Below, in pieces: positions 11,011 to 23,009 of a stretch of DNA of 64,000 nucleotides. Within the stretch, counting starts at the first letter, position 1. Each line of letters opens with the position of its first letter. Both the position numbers and the translations under genes were made by a program. The stretch comes from an uncultured Hormoscilla sp. (GTDB lineage Bacteria; Cyanobacteriota; Cyanobacteriia; Cyanobacteriales; Desertifilaceae): positions 1,984,001 to 2,048,000 of the forward strand of contig OZ001293.3 of the NCBI GenBank assembly GCA_963921275.4. The letters are read 5' to 3'. The notes below the pieces were generated by a model. It did no database searches. It saw only the letters and a list, made by a program, of their open reading frames with translations, and was not told where the DNA came from.

Positions 11011-13860
11011 ATGCGGGTACCAATTGCGACTTATCGGCTTCAGTTCCGTCCGGAGTTTGGCTTTGCGTCAGCTCAAAAAATTCTGCCTTATCTGGCTGAA
11101 TTGGGGATATCAGATATCTACGCTTCCCCGATACTCAAAGCCCGATCGGGGAGTATCCACGGTTACGATGTGGTAGACACAAATCAAATTAACCCGGAAC
11201 TGGGAACGGAAGCAGAATTTGAATCTTTGATGGTCCAATTGCAAGAACGAGAAATGGGATGGGTACAAGATATCGTGCCTAACCACATGGCTTATGATAG
11301 CCAAAATCAATTCTTGATGGATGTTTTGATTCACGGACAGGACTCGGAATACTGTGAGTTTTTTGATATTGATTGGGAACATCCCTACGAAGATATCAGA
11401 GGCAAGGTGCTGACGCCGATGCTGGGGGATTTTTACGGCCAATGCTTGGAAAATGGGGAAATTAAATTAAGCTATGACGAAAGGGGGCTGAGTATTAACT
11501 ACTACCGTCTTAAAATCCCCCTCAGGATAGAATCCTACGCGAGTTTTCTGAATCATGATTTTGGACGACTGTCTCGATCCCTGGGACGCAGCCATCCAGA
11601 TGTGATAAAAATTTTGGGGATTCTATATATCGTTAAGAATATCCCATCGGAAACTGCGGGGATAGAGCGGAAAGAGCAGGGGGAATTTGTCAAGGGACTG
11701 CTTTGGGAACTATACAATGATAACCAGAAAGTGAAAGGGTTTATCGACCAGAACTTGAAAAGATTTAACGGAGAGGTGGGGAAACCGGAAAGTTTTGACC
11801 TGTTGGACGATCTACTGGGAGAGCAGTTTTTCTGCCTGTCCTTTTGGAAGGTAGGAGCAGAAGAACTCAACTATCGGCGTTTCTTTACGGTGAATGAGTT
11901 GATTTGTCTGCGCATAGAAGATGCGCAGGTTTTTGAGAAAACTCACGCTCTGATTGATAAGCTAGTAGGGTCAGGGAAGTTGACAGGACTGAGAATCGAC
12001 CACATTGATGGACTCTATGCTCCCACGGAATACTTGGAACGTCTCCGTGCCAAAATGGGGGATATATATATTGTCGCCGAGAAGATTCTGGAACTGGGAG
12101 AGGAATTGCCGAGTTCGTGGAAGCTCCAAGGTACGTCAGGATATGATTTCCTCAATCACGTGAATAGCCTTTTCTGTCAGAAGGAAAATGAAAATGCTTT
12201 TACCGATCTATACGAGCGCCTGACGGGTTTGAGACCAGTATATGAGGAAATGCTGGCGGACAAAAAGCGGCTGATTGCGGAAACGAATTTAGTCGGAGAT
12301 GTGAATAATTTGGCGCACCTGCTGAAAAGAATTGCCGGTGGATACCGATACGGACGGGATTTTACCTTGGAGGGATTGAGAAAGGCAATCCTAGAAGTAT
12401 TGGTGCAGTTTCCGATCTATTGTACTTATATCGATAGGGAGGGAGTGAGCGATCGGGCACGGGGATACTTGCAAGAGGCGATCGAAAAAACCAAAAGTCA
12501 GATTCCGCAGTTACTGAACGAAATCAACTTAATTGAAAAGTTCCTATTGCTGGAGTACGACGAGTGGCTTTCCGAATCAGAACGGGAACGGTGGTTGCAT
12601 TTTAGCATGAGATTTCAGCAATTCTCTGGTCCGTTGATGGCAAAGGGGATTGAGGATACTCTATTTTATGTCTACAACCGACTGGTATCTCTGAACGAGG
12701 TAGGGGGCCATCCGGATCGATTTGGCTTGGCGGTTTCTGAGTTTCACGAGTATAATCAGAAAAAACTGGCAGATTGGCCCCACGCCATGAATGCCACTTC
12801 CACCCACGATACGAAACGCAGTGAAGATACCCGGTTGCGCCTTAACGTGCTTTCGGAAATGCCGGAAGAGTGGGAACAGCAGGTGAAAAGTTGGCGGGAA
12901 ATGAACCGGGATAAGAAAACTGTGGTAGGGAAGCGCAGCATTCCCGATCGCAACGACGAGTATTTCCTGTATCAAAATATGTTGGGTGCATTTCCCGAAG
13001 CAGTTCTCCCTTTGCGTTGTCAGGTGGAACTAAAGAACGAGGGGTTAGAGGGGATCGATAAAGAGGAGTATACTGAATTTGTCGATCGGATCAAAGATTA
13101 CGTCATCAAGGCGGTGCGGGAAGCCAAAGTCCATACGGCGTGGTTGCGGGCGGATACAGAATATGAGGAGGGTTTTGTTGCCTTTGTCGATCAGATATTA
13201 AATCCTGGTGAAGAGAACGAATTTCTCTCATCATTTCGGGCCCTCCAGCAGCGGTTGGCGGTTTACGGCAGCTTCAATTCTCTGTCCCAAACCTTGCTGA
13301 AAATTGCCTCGCCGGGAGTGCCGGACTTTTACCAGGGGACGGAACTGTGGGATTTGAGTCTGGTGGACCCCGATAACCGCCGTCCAGTCAATTATGACGA
13401 TCGACTGTCATTTTTGCAAGAGATTAAACGCCGCTGCCAGACGGGAATGATGAGTTTGATTTCTGATTTGAAGGCAACCCGGGCCGACGGACGGATGAAG
13501 CTATTTTTGATCGCCCGCGCCTTGGAGGCGAGAAAACAATATTTGCCAGTTTTCCAGGAGGGAGATTATTTGCCTTTACAGGTGTCGGGTCAATATGCTA
13601 ACCATATAGTGGCTTTTGCGAGACACTATATGGGTAAGACCGCGATCGCAGTTGCCCCCCGCTTGCTCGCGCGCGTCATCGGACCGGAACAATATCCCCT
13701 CGGTACAGAAGTTTGGGGAGATACGCGCTTGGAAATTCCTGCCCATTTACAGTCTAACTGGATAGAGGCGATCGTGAACGAGGAAATTTCAGGTAACGCG
13801 GCGCTATCAGTCGGTGAAATTCTGCAATATTTCCCAGTTGCACTTTTAGTTAGTTCGTAG
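11011..13860 (+). CDS. treY: Malto-oligosyltrehalose synthase
   Basis: MRVPIATYRLQF, HGYDVVD, DIVPNHM, GLRIDHIDGL, STHDTKRSED, GVPDFYQG, LVDPDNRRPV. Start set at ATG 11011 after AAGGAG, not at the track's 10717. Confidence 0.95.
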   Translation: MRVPIATYRLQFRPEFGFASAQKILPYLAELGISDIYASPILKARSGSIHGYDVVDTNQINPELGTEAEFESLMVQLQEREMGWVQDIVPNHMAYDSQNQFLMDVLIHGQDSEYCEFFDIDWEHPYEDIRGKVLTPMLGDFYGQCLENGEIKLSYDERGLSINYYRLKIPLRIESYASFLNHDFGRLSRSLGRSHPDVIKILGILYIVKNIPSETAGIERKEQGEFVKGLLWELYNDNQKVKGFIDQNLKRFNGEVGKPESFDLLDDLLGEQFFCLSFWKVGAEELNYRRFFTVNELICLRIEDAQVFEKTHALIDKLVGSGKLTGLRIDHIDGLYAPTEYLERLRAKMGDIYIVAEKILELGEELPSSWKLQGTSGYDFLNHVNSLFCQKENENAFTDLYERLTGLRPVYEEMLADKKRLIAETNLVGDVNNLAHLLKRIAGGYRYGRDFTLEGLRKAILEVLVQFPIYCTYIDREGVSDRARGYLQEAIEKTKSQIPQLLNEINLIEKFLLLEYDEWLSESERERWLHFSMRFQQFSGPLMAKGIEDTLFYVYNRLVSLNEVGGHPDRFGLAVSEFHEYNQKKLADWPHAMNATSTHDTKRSEDTRLRLNVLSEMPEEWEQQVKSWREMNRDKKTVVGKRSIPDRNDEYFLYQNMLGAFPEAVLPLRCQVELKNEGLEGIDKEEYTEFVDRIKDYVIKAVREAKVHTAWLRADTEYEEGFVAFVDQILNPGEENEFLSSFRALQQRLAVYGSFNSLSQTLLKIASPGVPDFYQGTELWDLSLVDPDNRRPVNYDDRLSFLQEIKRRCQTGMMSLISDLKATRADGRMKLFLIARALEARKQYLPVFQEGDYLPLQVSGQYANHIVAFARHYMGKTAIAVAPRLLARVIGPEQYPLGTEVWGDTRLEIPAHLQSNWIEAIVNEEISGNAALSVGEILQYFPVALLVSS

Positions 13861-13882
13861 GGTGGGCACTGCCCACCTTACC

Positions 13883-14176
13883 CAGGGCAAACGCATCTAT
13901 TGATTGAAATGCTTACTGGTTCTAATTGATTCTCTAACCCGGCTCTTCGGTACTTAGTATGGTATTTTGTCAAAAAAATCAGGTTGTAAGCTTTGCTGCG
14001 CAAGGCTTAGAGCCGCTTAGCCCTTAAAATGAAGGTAAAATAGCTTAATCAATTCGTGAAAGCATTACAATGCAAGGCTTTCGGCGATTTTTAGCTATCA
14101 ATTTAGCTTCCCAAGTCCCGAAGACCCTATAACCCTTACTGCCAAAGGCTTCCAGATATAGGATGCGTTTTCCCTG
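13883..14176. mobile_element. 294-bp MITE with ISAs1-like CAGGG ends
   Basis: Inverted repeats CAGGGCAAACGCATC / GATGCGTTTTCCCTG; 10-bp TSD CCACCTTACC; inserted at a GTAGGGTGGGCACTGCCCACC REP-like palindrome. Confidence 0.85.
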
Positions 14177-14334
14177 CCACCTTACCCGGGTGCTGATGTA
14201 GATGTAGGATGGGCACTGCCCACCTTAAGCTATGAATTAGGGCGTTGCACAACTACGGGATGATAGAGGTTGCTAATTGTGGTTAGACGCCTGTCCTACG
14301 CCTCAGACAGATCTTGTCGTCCGTCCTACGCCTC

Positions 14335-16740
14335 TTATTTGAAGTAGGCAATAGTAACGCCTGTGCCGCCGCTATTTTGTTGCGCTAACTCAAACCGATC
14401 GATCTGAGGATGTTGCTGCAAAAAGTCATGTACTCCTTCTCTGAGTTTACCCGTACCTTTGCCGTGAATAATCCACAGGGCACCAGTTCCCGAAGTATAT
14501 CCTTTGGCGATCGCCTTTTCTAAGTCGGCCTCAGCATCTGCCACCCGACTTCCCCGCAAGTCCACAGTATTGCTTTCGGTTTGCACTACGGGACCGGGTT
14601 TGGGGGGTGGAAGAGTTGCTGCGGGTTTCGGTTTGGGTTGTTCGACTTTTTGTCCGTCTAGAGATTCAATTTCCGTAAAGGAAATCGTCATCTTCATCAA
14701 ACCAAACCGCACTGTTACTTCCCCATCCGCTTCGGAAACATTCAAGACATCACCCGTTTGCCCTAAGCTAGGAATGCGCACCTTGTCTCCTACTTGCGGT
14801 TTGTAAGCAGGTTTTGGTTTGGGTGGCGCTGTTTTAGAAGGCAGATAAATTTCAACAATTTTATTTACCTCCTCCGTGGCTCTTTGCGCCCTTTGAGCCA
14901 GGACTGGTCCTTGCTGTAACTTGCGAATTACCCGAGCAATTTCTTTCTTTGCTTCGGCGATCGCCTCTTGCACTGCTATTTCCTGCTGCTGTCGCAACTT
15001 TTGCTCTTGTGCTTGCAAAGCTGATGCTTTCTGGGAGACTTCTTCATGGAGGCGTTCTGCTTGTGCTACTAGCTTAGATGCCTGTTTTGCCTTCCTTTCC
15101 TGACGCCGACGTTGTGCTTCTAAACCGGCAATTACTTGATTAACATCTTGCTCGTTACCGCCTATATAACCTCGCGCCAGTTCGACTATTTCGTGGTTCA
15201 ATCCCAAGCGGCGGGCAATGGTTAAAGCATTGGAACGACCGGGTATTCCCCATAGCAGTCGGTAGGTGGGTTGCAGAGACTGATTGTCAAACTCCACCGA
15301 GGCATTTTCAAAGCGATCGTCTTCATATTTGAGCGCTTTCAGTTCCCCAAAATGGGTCGTGGCCACCGTCAGTTGGGCGTTGCTGGCCAGGTATTGCAAG
15401 AGGGCGATCGCCAAGGCACTGCCTTCGGAGGGGTCTGTTCCCGCACCGACTTCATCTAATAGTACCAATTCGGCATTTCCCAATGCCTGTAATATCCGAG
15501 TAATGCGACGAATGTGACCTGAGAAAGTAGATAAACTCTGTTCTAAAGATTGTTCGTCCCCAATATCGGCGAGGATTTTGTCAAACCAGGGCAATTCTAC
15601 CGGTTCTCGCGCGGGCACGAAGAGACCGACTTTGGCCATCAATGCTGCTAACCCCAGGGTTTTCAGAGTCACGGTTTTCCCACCCGTATTGGGACCAGTA
15701 ATAGCCACTACTTTTATGGACGGTGCTACGATCAAATCTACTGGAACTACCGTCGGACCTTGTTCGTGCTGCTGTTGCCAGACTAGCAGGGGATGGCGCA
15801 GTTGTCGCAGGGTAATGCTTTCTCCTCCCCCTCTATCTATGAAGCGGGGCGGGTTTGCTTCCAACCATAAACTATAACGCGCTCTTGCTGTTGCTAAGTC
15901 CAGGGCCGTCGCGATCGCCAATAATCTTTCCAGGTCCTCCTTGACTTCAGCTATTTCTGTTGTTAAATCTCGGAGAATCGCTTCTTCCTCTGCTTCCTCC
16001 TGGCGTTGCAGTTGGCGTAGTTGGTTCCCCAGGGGGACGATCGCGTGAGGTTCCACGTAGAGAGTAGCACCCGTAGTGGAGGTATCGTGAACGATGCCGG
16101 GTATGGCGGACTTTTGGGGTGCTTTGACTGGAAGCACGAAGCTATCGCCCCGTTGAGTAATCGTATTTTCCTGCACGGCAGCGAACTTCCGCTGCAAAAT
16201 CCCTTGCAGAGTCTGATAAATGCGGTCTCGCAAACCTTTAAGTTGACTGCGGATACCGCTAAGTTTAGGACTAGCGCGGTCTGTGACTTTACCCTGGTCA
16301 TCGATGCAGCGGTTAATTTCCTGCTCAATTTCCGGATAGGTGCGCAGATCCGCCACCAGTTCCATCAGCACGGGCACATCTGGTTGGGCATCGATCTGGC
16401 GTCGCAAACGCCGCATTCCTGCCAGGGTAGTAGCGATATGTAAGAGTTCCGCACCCGACAAGATACCTTGCAGTTCGGCCCGTTCCAAGGACGCGCCAAT
16501 ATCCTGAATGCCTTCAAAAGACAGTACCGCAGTCAGTTGACTTTCTAGCTGGTATACTTCTTTAGTTTGGGCTAAGAGGGCGAGACTGCGATCTAAAGTT
16601 TCCGGAATTGCCAGATGACGCGCTGCTACCGCCCCCAGTTTAGTAGCGGCAAAGGTAGATAGATGCTGGCACAGGCGGGGCCATTCCAGTAGTTCTAAAG
16701 TTTCTGCTTGAATCACAACTGCGGCTGTCCTAGGTTGCAC
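14335..16740 (-). CDS. mutS2: Endonuclease MutS2
   Basis: TGPNTGGKT P-loop, DEQSLEQSLSTFSGH, LLDEVGAGTDP, coiled coil, KOW-like region, Smr domain IIHGKGTG. Confidence 0.97.
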   Translation of the reverse strand: MQPRTAAVVIQAETLELLEWPRLCQHLSTFAATKLGAVAARHLAIPETLDRSLALLAQTKEVYQLESQLTAVLSFEGIQDIGASLERAELQGILSGAELLHIATTLAGMRRLRRQIDAQPDVPVLMELVADLRTYPEIEQEINRCIDDQGKVTDRASPKLSGIRSQLKGLRDRIYQTLQGILQRKFAAVQENTITQRGDSFVLPVKAPQKSAIPGIVHDTSTTGATLYVEPHAIVPLGNQLRQLQRQEEAEEEAILRDLTTEIAEVKEDLERLLAIATALDLATARARYSLWLEANPPRFIDRGGGESITLRQLRHPLLVWQQQHEQGPTVVPVDLIVAPSIKVVAITGPNTGGKTVTLKTLGLAALMAKVGLFVPAREPVELPWFDKILADIGDEQSLEQSLSTFSGHIRRITRILQALGNAELVLLDEVGAGTDPSEGSALAIALLQYLASNAQLTVATTHFGELKALKYEDDRFENASVEFDNQSLQPTYRLLWGIPGRSNALTIARRLGLNHEIVELARGYIGGNEQDVNQVIAGLEAQRRRQERKAKQASKLVAQAERLHEEVSQKASALQAQEQKLRQQQEIAVQEAIAEAKKEIARVIRKLQQGPVLAQRAQRATEEVNKIVEIYLPSKTAPPKPKPAYKPQVGDKVRIPSLGQTGDVLNVSEADGEVTVRFGLMKMTISFTEIESLDGQKVEQPKPKPAATLPPPKPGPVVQTESNTVDLRGSRVADAEADLEKAIAKGYTSGTGALWIIHGKGTGKLREGVHDFLQQHPQIDRFELAQQNSGGTGVTIAYFK

Positions 16741-17885
16741 TGCTTTTACATTCTATCAACTCGGATTGCTAATGGCTAATTGCTAATGGCTAATTGCTAA
16801 TTGCCAAACGTGACCATATATTACCTGGTTCCAAGGCGGAGCCTTGGAACCACCCTGGGAGGCAGTAAAACGGGGCTCACTGAAGGTTTTTACTGAAACT
16901 ATTATCATGGAAGGGTTTCGGCTGCATTCCTACCGAAAATTTACACACGCTACGCTATTATTTAGGCTTGCTATAGATGCAGTTTGTATTAGGATGGGAA
17001 CCTTAATCTATTCCTTCTTCTTTCCCCAGTTTAGCGGTAATAAAAGGAGAGTGGATATCGAGAGACCTATTTTCATCAATAAATTTAAAGTTGGCATCCA
17101 ATATTAAAGTCATTTCCCTAATCAGATTATCTGGGCTTATTTTTTTTCCTGACTCTACAGACAAGTTATTTTTTAGAAAAAATTCAGTTATATCGAATAT
17201 TATGCTGGGGTTTCTTGCAATTTTTTACCGATAATATAACTGGATAATTCTACAGATAAAGGCTGTTTGAATATCACTTCTTCATAGAAATTATCCTTCT
17301 CATCTCAATAGCCAAATATGGTAAACTTAGAATATTGCAAATGCTCTTTTCCTATCGACGAGGCGATCGATAATTTCATTTTCCCAAATCTGATTAATTG
17401 TTGATTTCAGCATGGTTGTTTCCTTCAATTAATGTTCTGTCATTAACCCGGTAAAGTGTAATACCATATATGTCTTCCTTTTGCTCTTCGCTTTCAAGAT
17501 TCAAAGATTCAGCAATATATTGAGCATGGAAACGATAATTACCTCCTTTTCCAGATCCTCGGTAGTTATAGCATATAATTTAATATTTTTGCAAAAAAAT
17601 TATCATCAAATAAAAATCTGTTTGACCCACTGGCAGCAAGGGCGATCGCCATCGTCAGAGGCAAACTAGCTTCACTATTTAATTATACTTCTAGGAAGCC
17701 CGATCTCGTAGGACCGGTAGCCTGTCGGTGCGCACCGGGCTACTGGTCCTGCGCTGCGCAATCGCCGGTTGTCGGTGCGGTCGAGCAGCAGCAATACGGT
17801 AGGGGCACAAATCAGTTACCTGGTTCCGAGGCTCCGCCTTGGAACCCCCCTCGGAGGCTCCTGCCTCCCGATCATCTGTCGGAAG

Positions 17886-18110
17886 TTAAAAGCATAGCAT
17901 CAATATGGGGGTGCAGATGCGGTCTAATTCGCCAATGGCTTCTAGTTCGGTAGTCTCTGCTGAAGTTAGGCGATCGGCTTTTTTTCTGAACAGCAGTTCT
18001 TCCATGGGCTCTTGCAGGTCATCGGTAAATTTGAACAGCCTATGTTGGTCAACTTTTTCCAGCTTTATTTTGCCAATTAAGGATGATGGTCCCGTAACTA
18101 TTGTATTCAT
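17886..18110 (-). CDS. Small conserved-type hypothetical protein, C-terminus possibly frameshifted
   Basis: LFKFTDDLQ..MEELL..KKADRLT..E..ELEAIGELDRI resembles small cyanobacterial antitoxin-like proteins; recognised by eye only. Confidence 0.4.
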   Translation of the reverse strand: MNTIVTGPSSLIGKIKLEKVDQHRLFKFTDDLQEPMEELLFRKKADRLTSAETTELEAIGELDRICTPILMLCF

Positions 18111-18215
18111 AATCCGATCTGACTGCAATTATTTTATATTACCTCGGTCAGCAGGCCATCGCTTTCTGATAATAGAGGCCCGAGGGGAGCGATCGCTTCG
18201 TCACCCCGCGTGTTT

Positions 18216-19182
18216 CTAAACCTGCCGATCCGGATCAATACCATTTTTTCGCAGAAGCGCTTTCAATCGTTCTCTTTCTTGTTGTGCAGCAGATGTTTCT
18301 GACTCAGTAGCTCTTATACGCTGTTGTACAGCAGATGTTTCTGACTCAGCAGCTCTTATACGCTGTTCTGCAGCTCTTATAGACTGTTCTGCAGCTCTTA
18401 TAGACTGTTCTGCAGCAGCTTTTTCTTGCTCAATAGCAGCTTTTGTCGCTGCATCAGTGGCAGGGGCAATCAAATCTCCTTTATCGGTCATCCACCGTTA
18501 ACCATAGTTGGTCGTAACCCAGATAGCTTCCTCGCCACAAACCTAGACTTAACTGAATTTCTGGTATCAACAATCGTCCCTCAGTTAGTGCTGTCATCCG
18601 GTAGCGGTTTCTCTCTAGCAGGAATACCTGAAGTTCCTCGGTATAACGACTATATATAACATAGTAAGGCACCCGCATAATTTGTTCGTACACTTGCCAC
18701 TTTGTGGATGGTTGCCCTGGTTCGATTGTTGCCAGACCTAAGTCCTCATCTTCCGTACCTGGGGATAATAACTCCACCACTATTAACGGGCTAACTTTTT
18801 CTTGCCACATGACATAGCTCAAACGCATGTTTCGCCCTTGATACAGTCGCGGCACTCCCACAACTCCGTATACGCAGTGCCGCACCGGGCTACGTGTCCT
18901 GCGCGTGCTCGCGACGCCGGAGCGCTACCAGTCGGGACTTTTATGCCATAAAGGATGATTGACATCGTAATATATATAGTGATCCAATTGACTGTAGACC
19001 ATTTCTGGAGCCCAGTTGAACGGCTGAAATGTTAACAGCAGCAGCATTGTTTGTAAGGAATGAAAACTGTCAGGGAAACCGGGATACTCTGGATTTTCAC
19101 TGGGTAAATCGTACATTGTCGGCAGGGGATGCCGAGGCAGTTCCTCTAAATTTGACGGTGTTGGTAGGGCAGTCATAGACAT
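18216..19182 (-). pseudogene. Uma2 family endonuclease, copy A, disrupted
   Basis: LPTMYDLPSENPE, VSPLIVVELLSPGTEDEDLG, KWQVYEQI. It has an insertion of about 58 bp at 18868-18926 and a frameshift at about 18495; 21-nt AAEQSIR repeats at the C-terminus. Confidence 0.85.
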
Positions 19183-19266
19183 GGCATCGGGGGTATAATT
19201 ATCAGGAGCATCTTGCCTTAGTATAACATACTCTATATTATCTGGTTCCTTCGAGGCGATGCCTTG

Positions 19267-19347
19267 GGTGCATCTCCATGCAAGAATTAAGAAACCTGGT
19301 TTCTGGGCTATTCGTGAAGATGTCCGCAGCAAAAGACCAGATGCACC
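19267..19347. mobile_element. 81-bp MITE
   Basis: Inverted repeats GGTGCATCT / AGATGCACC; 10-bp TSD CGATGCCTTG; absent at the equivalent site of the duplicated block (about 20567). Confidence 0.9.
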
Positions 19348-19485
19348 CGATGCCTTGGAACCCTCTCCCGTAGAGGCGATCGCCTCCCGAGCGCTAGTCA
19401 GGGAACGAGGAAATTTTATAACCTCCCGTTCCCTGCCCTCGTTAGGGAACGAGGAAAATTTTGAATTTTGAATTTTGAATTGTTT

Positions 19486-19659
19486 ATGATGTTATCTTAT
19501 GAAAAAACCGATGCGGCGATCTGCTGCTTGCTGGGAACGGCGGTGGGAGATGCGATCGGGCTTCCTTATGAAGGGCTCTCAAAAGACCGACTCCAGAAAA
19601 TATATCATCACCCGAATAAAAATCACTTTTTCTTTGGCAAAGGGATGATTTCCGACGAT
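19486..19659 (+). pseudogene. 5' fragment of ADP-ribosylglycohydrolase
   Basis: CLLGTAVGDAIGLPYEG...GMISDD, then the sequence breaks into REP DNA. Confidence 0.8.
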
Positions 19660-19720
19660 TTACCTACGAGAGTCAGGAAACGAGGCACGAGCAAGCGATC
19701 GCCTCGTGCCCTGCGTTTTT

Positions 19721-20492
19721 CTAAACCTGCTGTTCCGGGTCAATACCATGTTTTAGCAGGAGTGCTTTCAATTGTTCTATTTCTTGTTGTGCAGCTTCTT
19801 TTTCTTGTTTTTCTTGCTCAATAGCAGCTTTTGTCGCTGCATCAGTGGCAGGGGCAATCAAATCTCCTTTATCGGTCATCCACCGCAACCATAGTTGGTC
19901 GCAACCCATATAGTCTCCTCGCCACAAACCGAGACTTAACTGAATTTCTGGTATCAACAAACCTCCCTGAGTTAGTGCTGCCATCCGGTAGCGGTTTCTC
20001 ACCAGCCGGAATACCTGAAGTTCCTCGGTATAAGGCACCCGCAGAATTTGTTCGTACACTTGCCACTTTGTCGGTGGTCGCCCTGGTTCGCTTGTTGTCC
20101 GACCTAAGTCCTCATCTTCCGTACCTGGGGATAATAACTCCACCACTATTAACGGGCTAACGTTTTCATCCCACATGACATAGCTCAAACCCATGTCTCG
20201 CCCTTGATACAATCGCGGCACTCCCACAACTCCCGAACCAGTCGGGGAGTTTATACCATAAAGGATGATTGACATCGTAATAGATATTGCTATCGAATTG
20301 ACTGTAGACCATTTCTGGGGCCCAGTTGAGCGGCTGAAAGGTTAACAGCAGCAGCATTGCTTGTAAGGCATGAAAGTCGTCTGGCAAACCGGGTTCCTCT
20401 GGATTTTCACTAGGTAAATCGTACATTGTCGGCATGGGATGCCTCGGCAGTTCCTCTAAATTAGATGGTGTTGGTAGGGCAATCATAGACAT
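19721..20492 (-). pseudogene. Uma2 family endonuclease, copy B, frameshifted
   Basis: Paralog of 18216-19182; frameshift at about 20235 and a short in-frame deletion at about 20030. Confidence 0.85.
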
Positions 20493-20711
20493 GGCATCGG
20501 GGGTATAATTATCAGGAGCATCTTGCCTTAGTATAATATCCTCTATATTATCTGGTTCCTTCGAGGCGATGTCTTGGAACCCTCTCCCGTAGAGGCGATC
20601 TCCTCCCGAGCGCTAGTCAGGGAACGAGGAAATTTTATAACCTCCCGTTCCCTGCCCTCGTTAGGGAACGAGGAAAAATTTGAATTTTGAATTTTGAATT
20701 TTGAATTTTTT

Positions 20712-22639
20712 ATGATGTTATCTAATGCAAAAAACGATGCGGCGATCGGCTGCTTGCTGGGAAAGGTGATGGGAGATGCGATCGGACTTCCTTGCTAAGG
20801 ACTTTCAAAACACAGACTCCAGAAAATCTATCGTCACCCGAACAAACATCACTTTTTCTTTGGCAAAGGGATGATTTCCGACGATACAGAACATACTTGT
20901 ATGGTAGCCCAATCATTAATCGTCTCAGCAGGTGACGAACGAATTTTTGCTCGCGAACTCGCTGGGAGATTAAAATTATGGTTGCTGGGTTTGCCCGCAG
21001 GAGTGGGCTTCGCAACCTTAAGGGCAATATTAAAGTTATGGTTGGGATATTCATACCGTCGCAGTGGCGTTTTTTCTGCCGGCAACGGTCCCGCCATGCG
21101 CAGTGCTATTATTGGCGTATGTTACGGGGATAATCTCCCCAAAATGCGATCGCTAGTCAAGGTTTCCACCCGCCTTATAGGGAATCCGGTTGTACCATAG
21201 ATGCAAGTAGGAATGAGTTAGTATCAGAACAATGGGAAAGCGCCTGAGCATCAAAGAGCACATTGGTGTGGCAGAAATGGAGCAGCGGCAGAAGTTACAG
21301 GCTATGGCTTGCAATGGATTAGAGCTATAGCCCTTCGATATCTCTTGTCGTGCTCTTGTCCCATGGGACTCGGCACGCAAGAGATATCGCCGCTTCAACG
21401 CCGGGGGAGTCGAAGGGATTGGAGATGGTCGCCATCACAACCCGGGAGCTCAACCCTTGCTCGACGACCAGCAGCAAGCACAACTGGTGCAAGCCTTAGA
21501 GGGAGAACATCCCGGAGGTGGAAGATGGACCGGACCGAAGGTGGCTATGTGGATGAGCGAGCTACTAGTCCAGTGGCACCGCAGCGAGGATGGGAAGATC
21601 GAATCTGGGCTCCTCTACAGCATCAAAGTGCCCCGTCCTGAGCACAGGGAAGCAGACGAGCTTGAACAGCAGGAGTGGAAAAAAAAACTTCGAGAGCGTA
21701 AAGAGGCATTTTTTACCGAGCTAGGTAAACTCGTACGACTTTGGACTATGGACGAGCAACGCGCGCGGGCTTAAACCTGTACTTCGTCGAGATTGGTTTG
21801 CCTGGTGGTCGGAAGCCAGACGAACAGGCCGACCCGATAAACAACTAGTCCCTATACTGGCGTAAGAGATGGTGCTGGGTCTATAGCTTTGTCGAACCGA
21901 GTAGCGGCGAGAGTGAATGGTGGCTCTTCGAGGGAGTGGAGACGGAAATCATCAGTCGTATTCTCGAAGCTTTTGCGCAGGCGCAAGGCATTGATGAGGA
22001 GCATCCAGCGCTGCTGGTGCTAGAGCGAGCGGGATGGCACACTACACAGAAGCTCGAAATCCCGCCAGGTTTGTTCAAAGAGTTCCTCCCAGCATATTCT
22101 CCAGAATTACAACCAGCCGAGAGGCTATGGCCAGTGCGTTTCGGAGGCAATAATGAATCGGGTGTTCGATTCTTTGGAAGAACTCAAAGAGGTCATCTGC
22201 GAGCGTTGTCGCCAGCTCATCAATCAGCCCGAGATATTGCGGGCACTGACTCAATTTCACTGGTGGCCGATCGCGTAGCGTGGCGCAGCCATAGCTCGCT
22301 AATTGCAATGTCTGATTAACCGGATTCCATATTACCCATACCGACCCGAAAGCAGAATGGGGGGCCCTGGCAGTGGCGATCGCGGCATTTATTTCCAGCC
22401 AAAAAACCCTGGTTTCCCCCCAGGAATATTATCAAAAGCTAGCAGAAATCCTGGATGCAGAAGCTGCTGAATTTCTGACATTAATCCAGCAAGCTGCCGA
22501 CAGTGCCGCATCTCGGGAGACAGCAGCATCATTTTCTGCAAGCATAGGCAAGGGTCAGGGAGTCAGTGGCTACGTGTATCATACTGTCCCCGTGGTAATT
22601 CAGGTCTGGTTGCAACATCAAAGAGACTATAAGAGGGCG
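20712..22639 (+). pseudogene. ADP-ribosylglycohydrolase (DraG-like), interrupted by IS630 and truncated at a group II intron
   Basis: MISDDTEHTCMVAQSL, SAGNGPAMRS; STRL|ITHTDPKAEWGA rejoins across the IS630; GVSGYVYHTVP; ends at the intron 5' end (22640). Confidence 0.85.
21178..22329 (+). mobile_element. IS630-family element, degenerate
   Basis: Inverted repeats (G)GAATCCGGTT / AACCGGATTCC at a TA target; RWTGPKVA winged helix, MDEQR, LERAGWH, FLPAYSPELQPAERLW; several frameshifts. Confidence 0.85.
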
Positions 22640-23009
22640 GTGCGATTCGTTCTAGCCTAACGTAGTAATACGGAACGCTAGCCTAGGAAACTAGGAACTC
22701 TGGTATTCATGGGGTTAAATTCCCTCTCCCCAAGTACGGGGGTAACCGCGTGAGGTGCTGTGGAGTAACATCACTATTGGTGCTCAGCGAGGACTTAAAT
22801 GTAGGATAGCTGGCAGCCATAGCTGGTGACACCGCGCTTGTTAGATACCCAAGGTTAGAATAAACGAACTTATGTAAGCCTCGTTATGTAGAACCGGTGA
22901 AATAAGGCTGTATACACCGGAGACAAAAGTCAACGTAGCTAGTGTTAGTTGTCGCTCGTAACTAACATCGTACTCGAAAAGCTACCGGGGTAGAGTAGGA
23001 ACCTAAAGG
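22640..23009 (+). ncRNA. Group II intron copy 3 (5' part only)
   Basis: GTGCGATTCGTTCTAGCCTAACGT at 22640; collinear with copy 2 up to CCTAAAGG, where it joins REP sequence. Confidence 0.85.
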
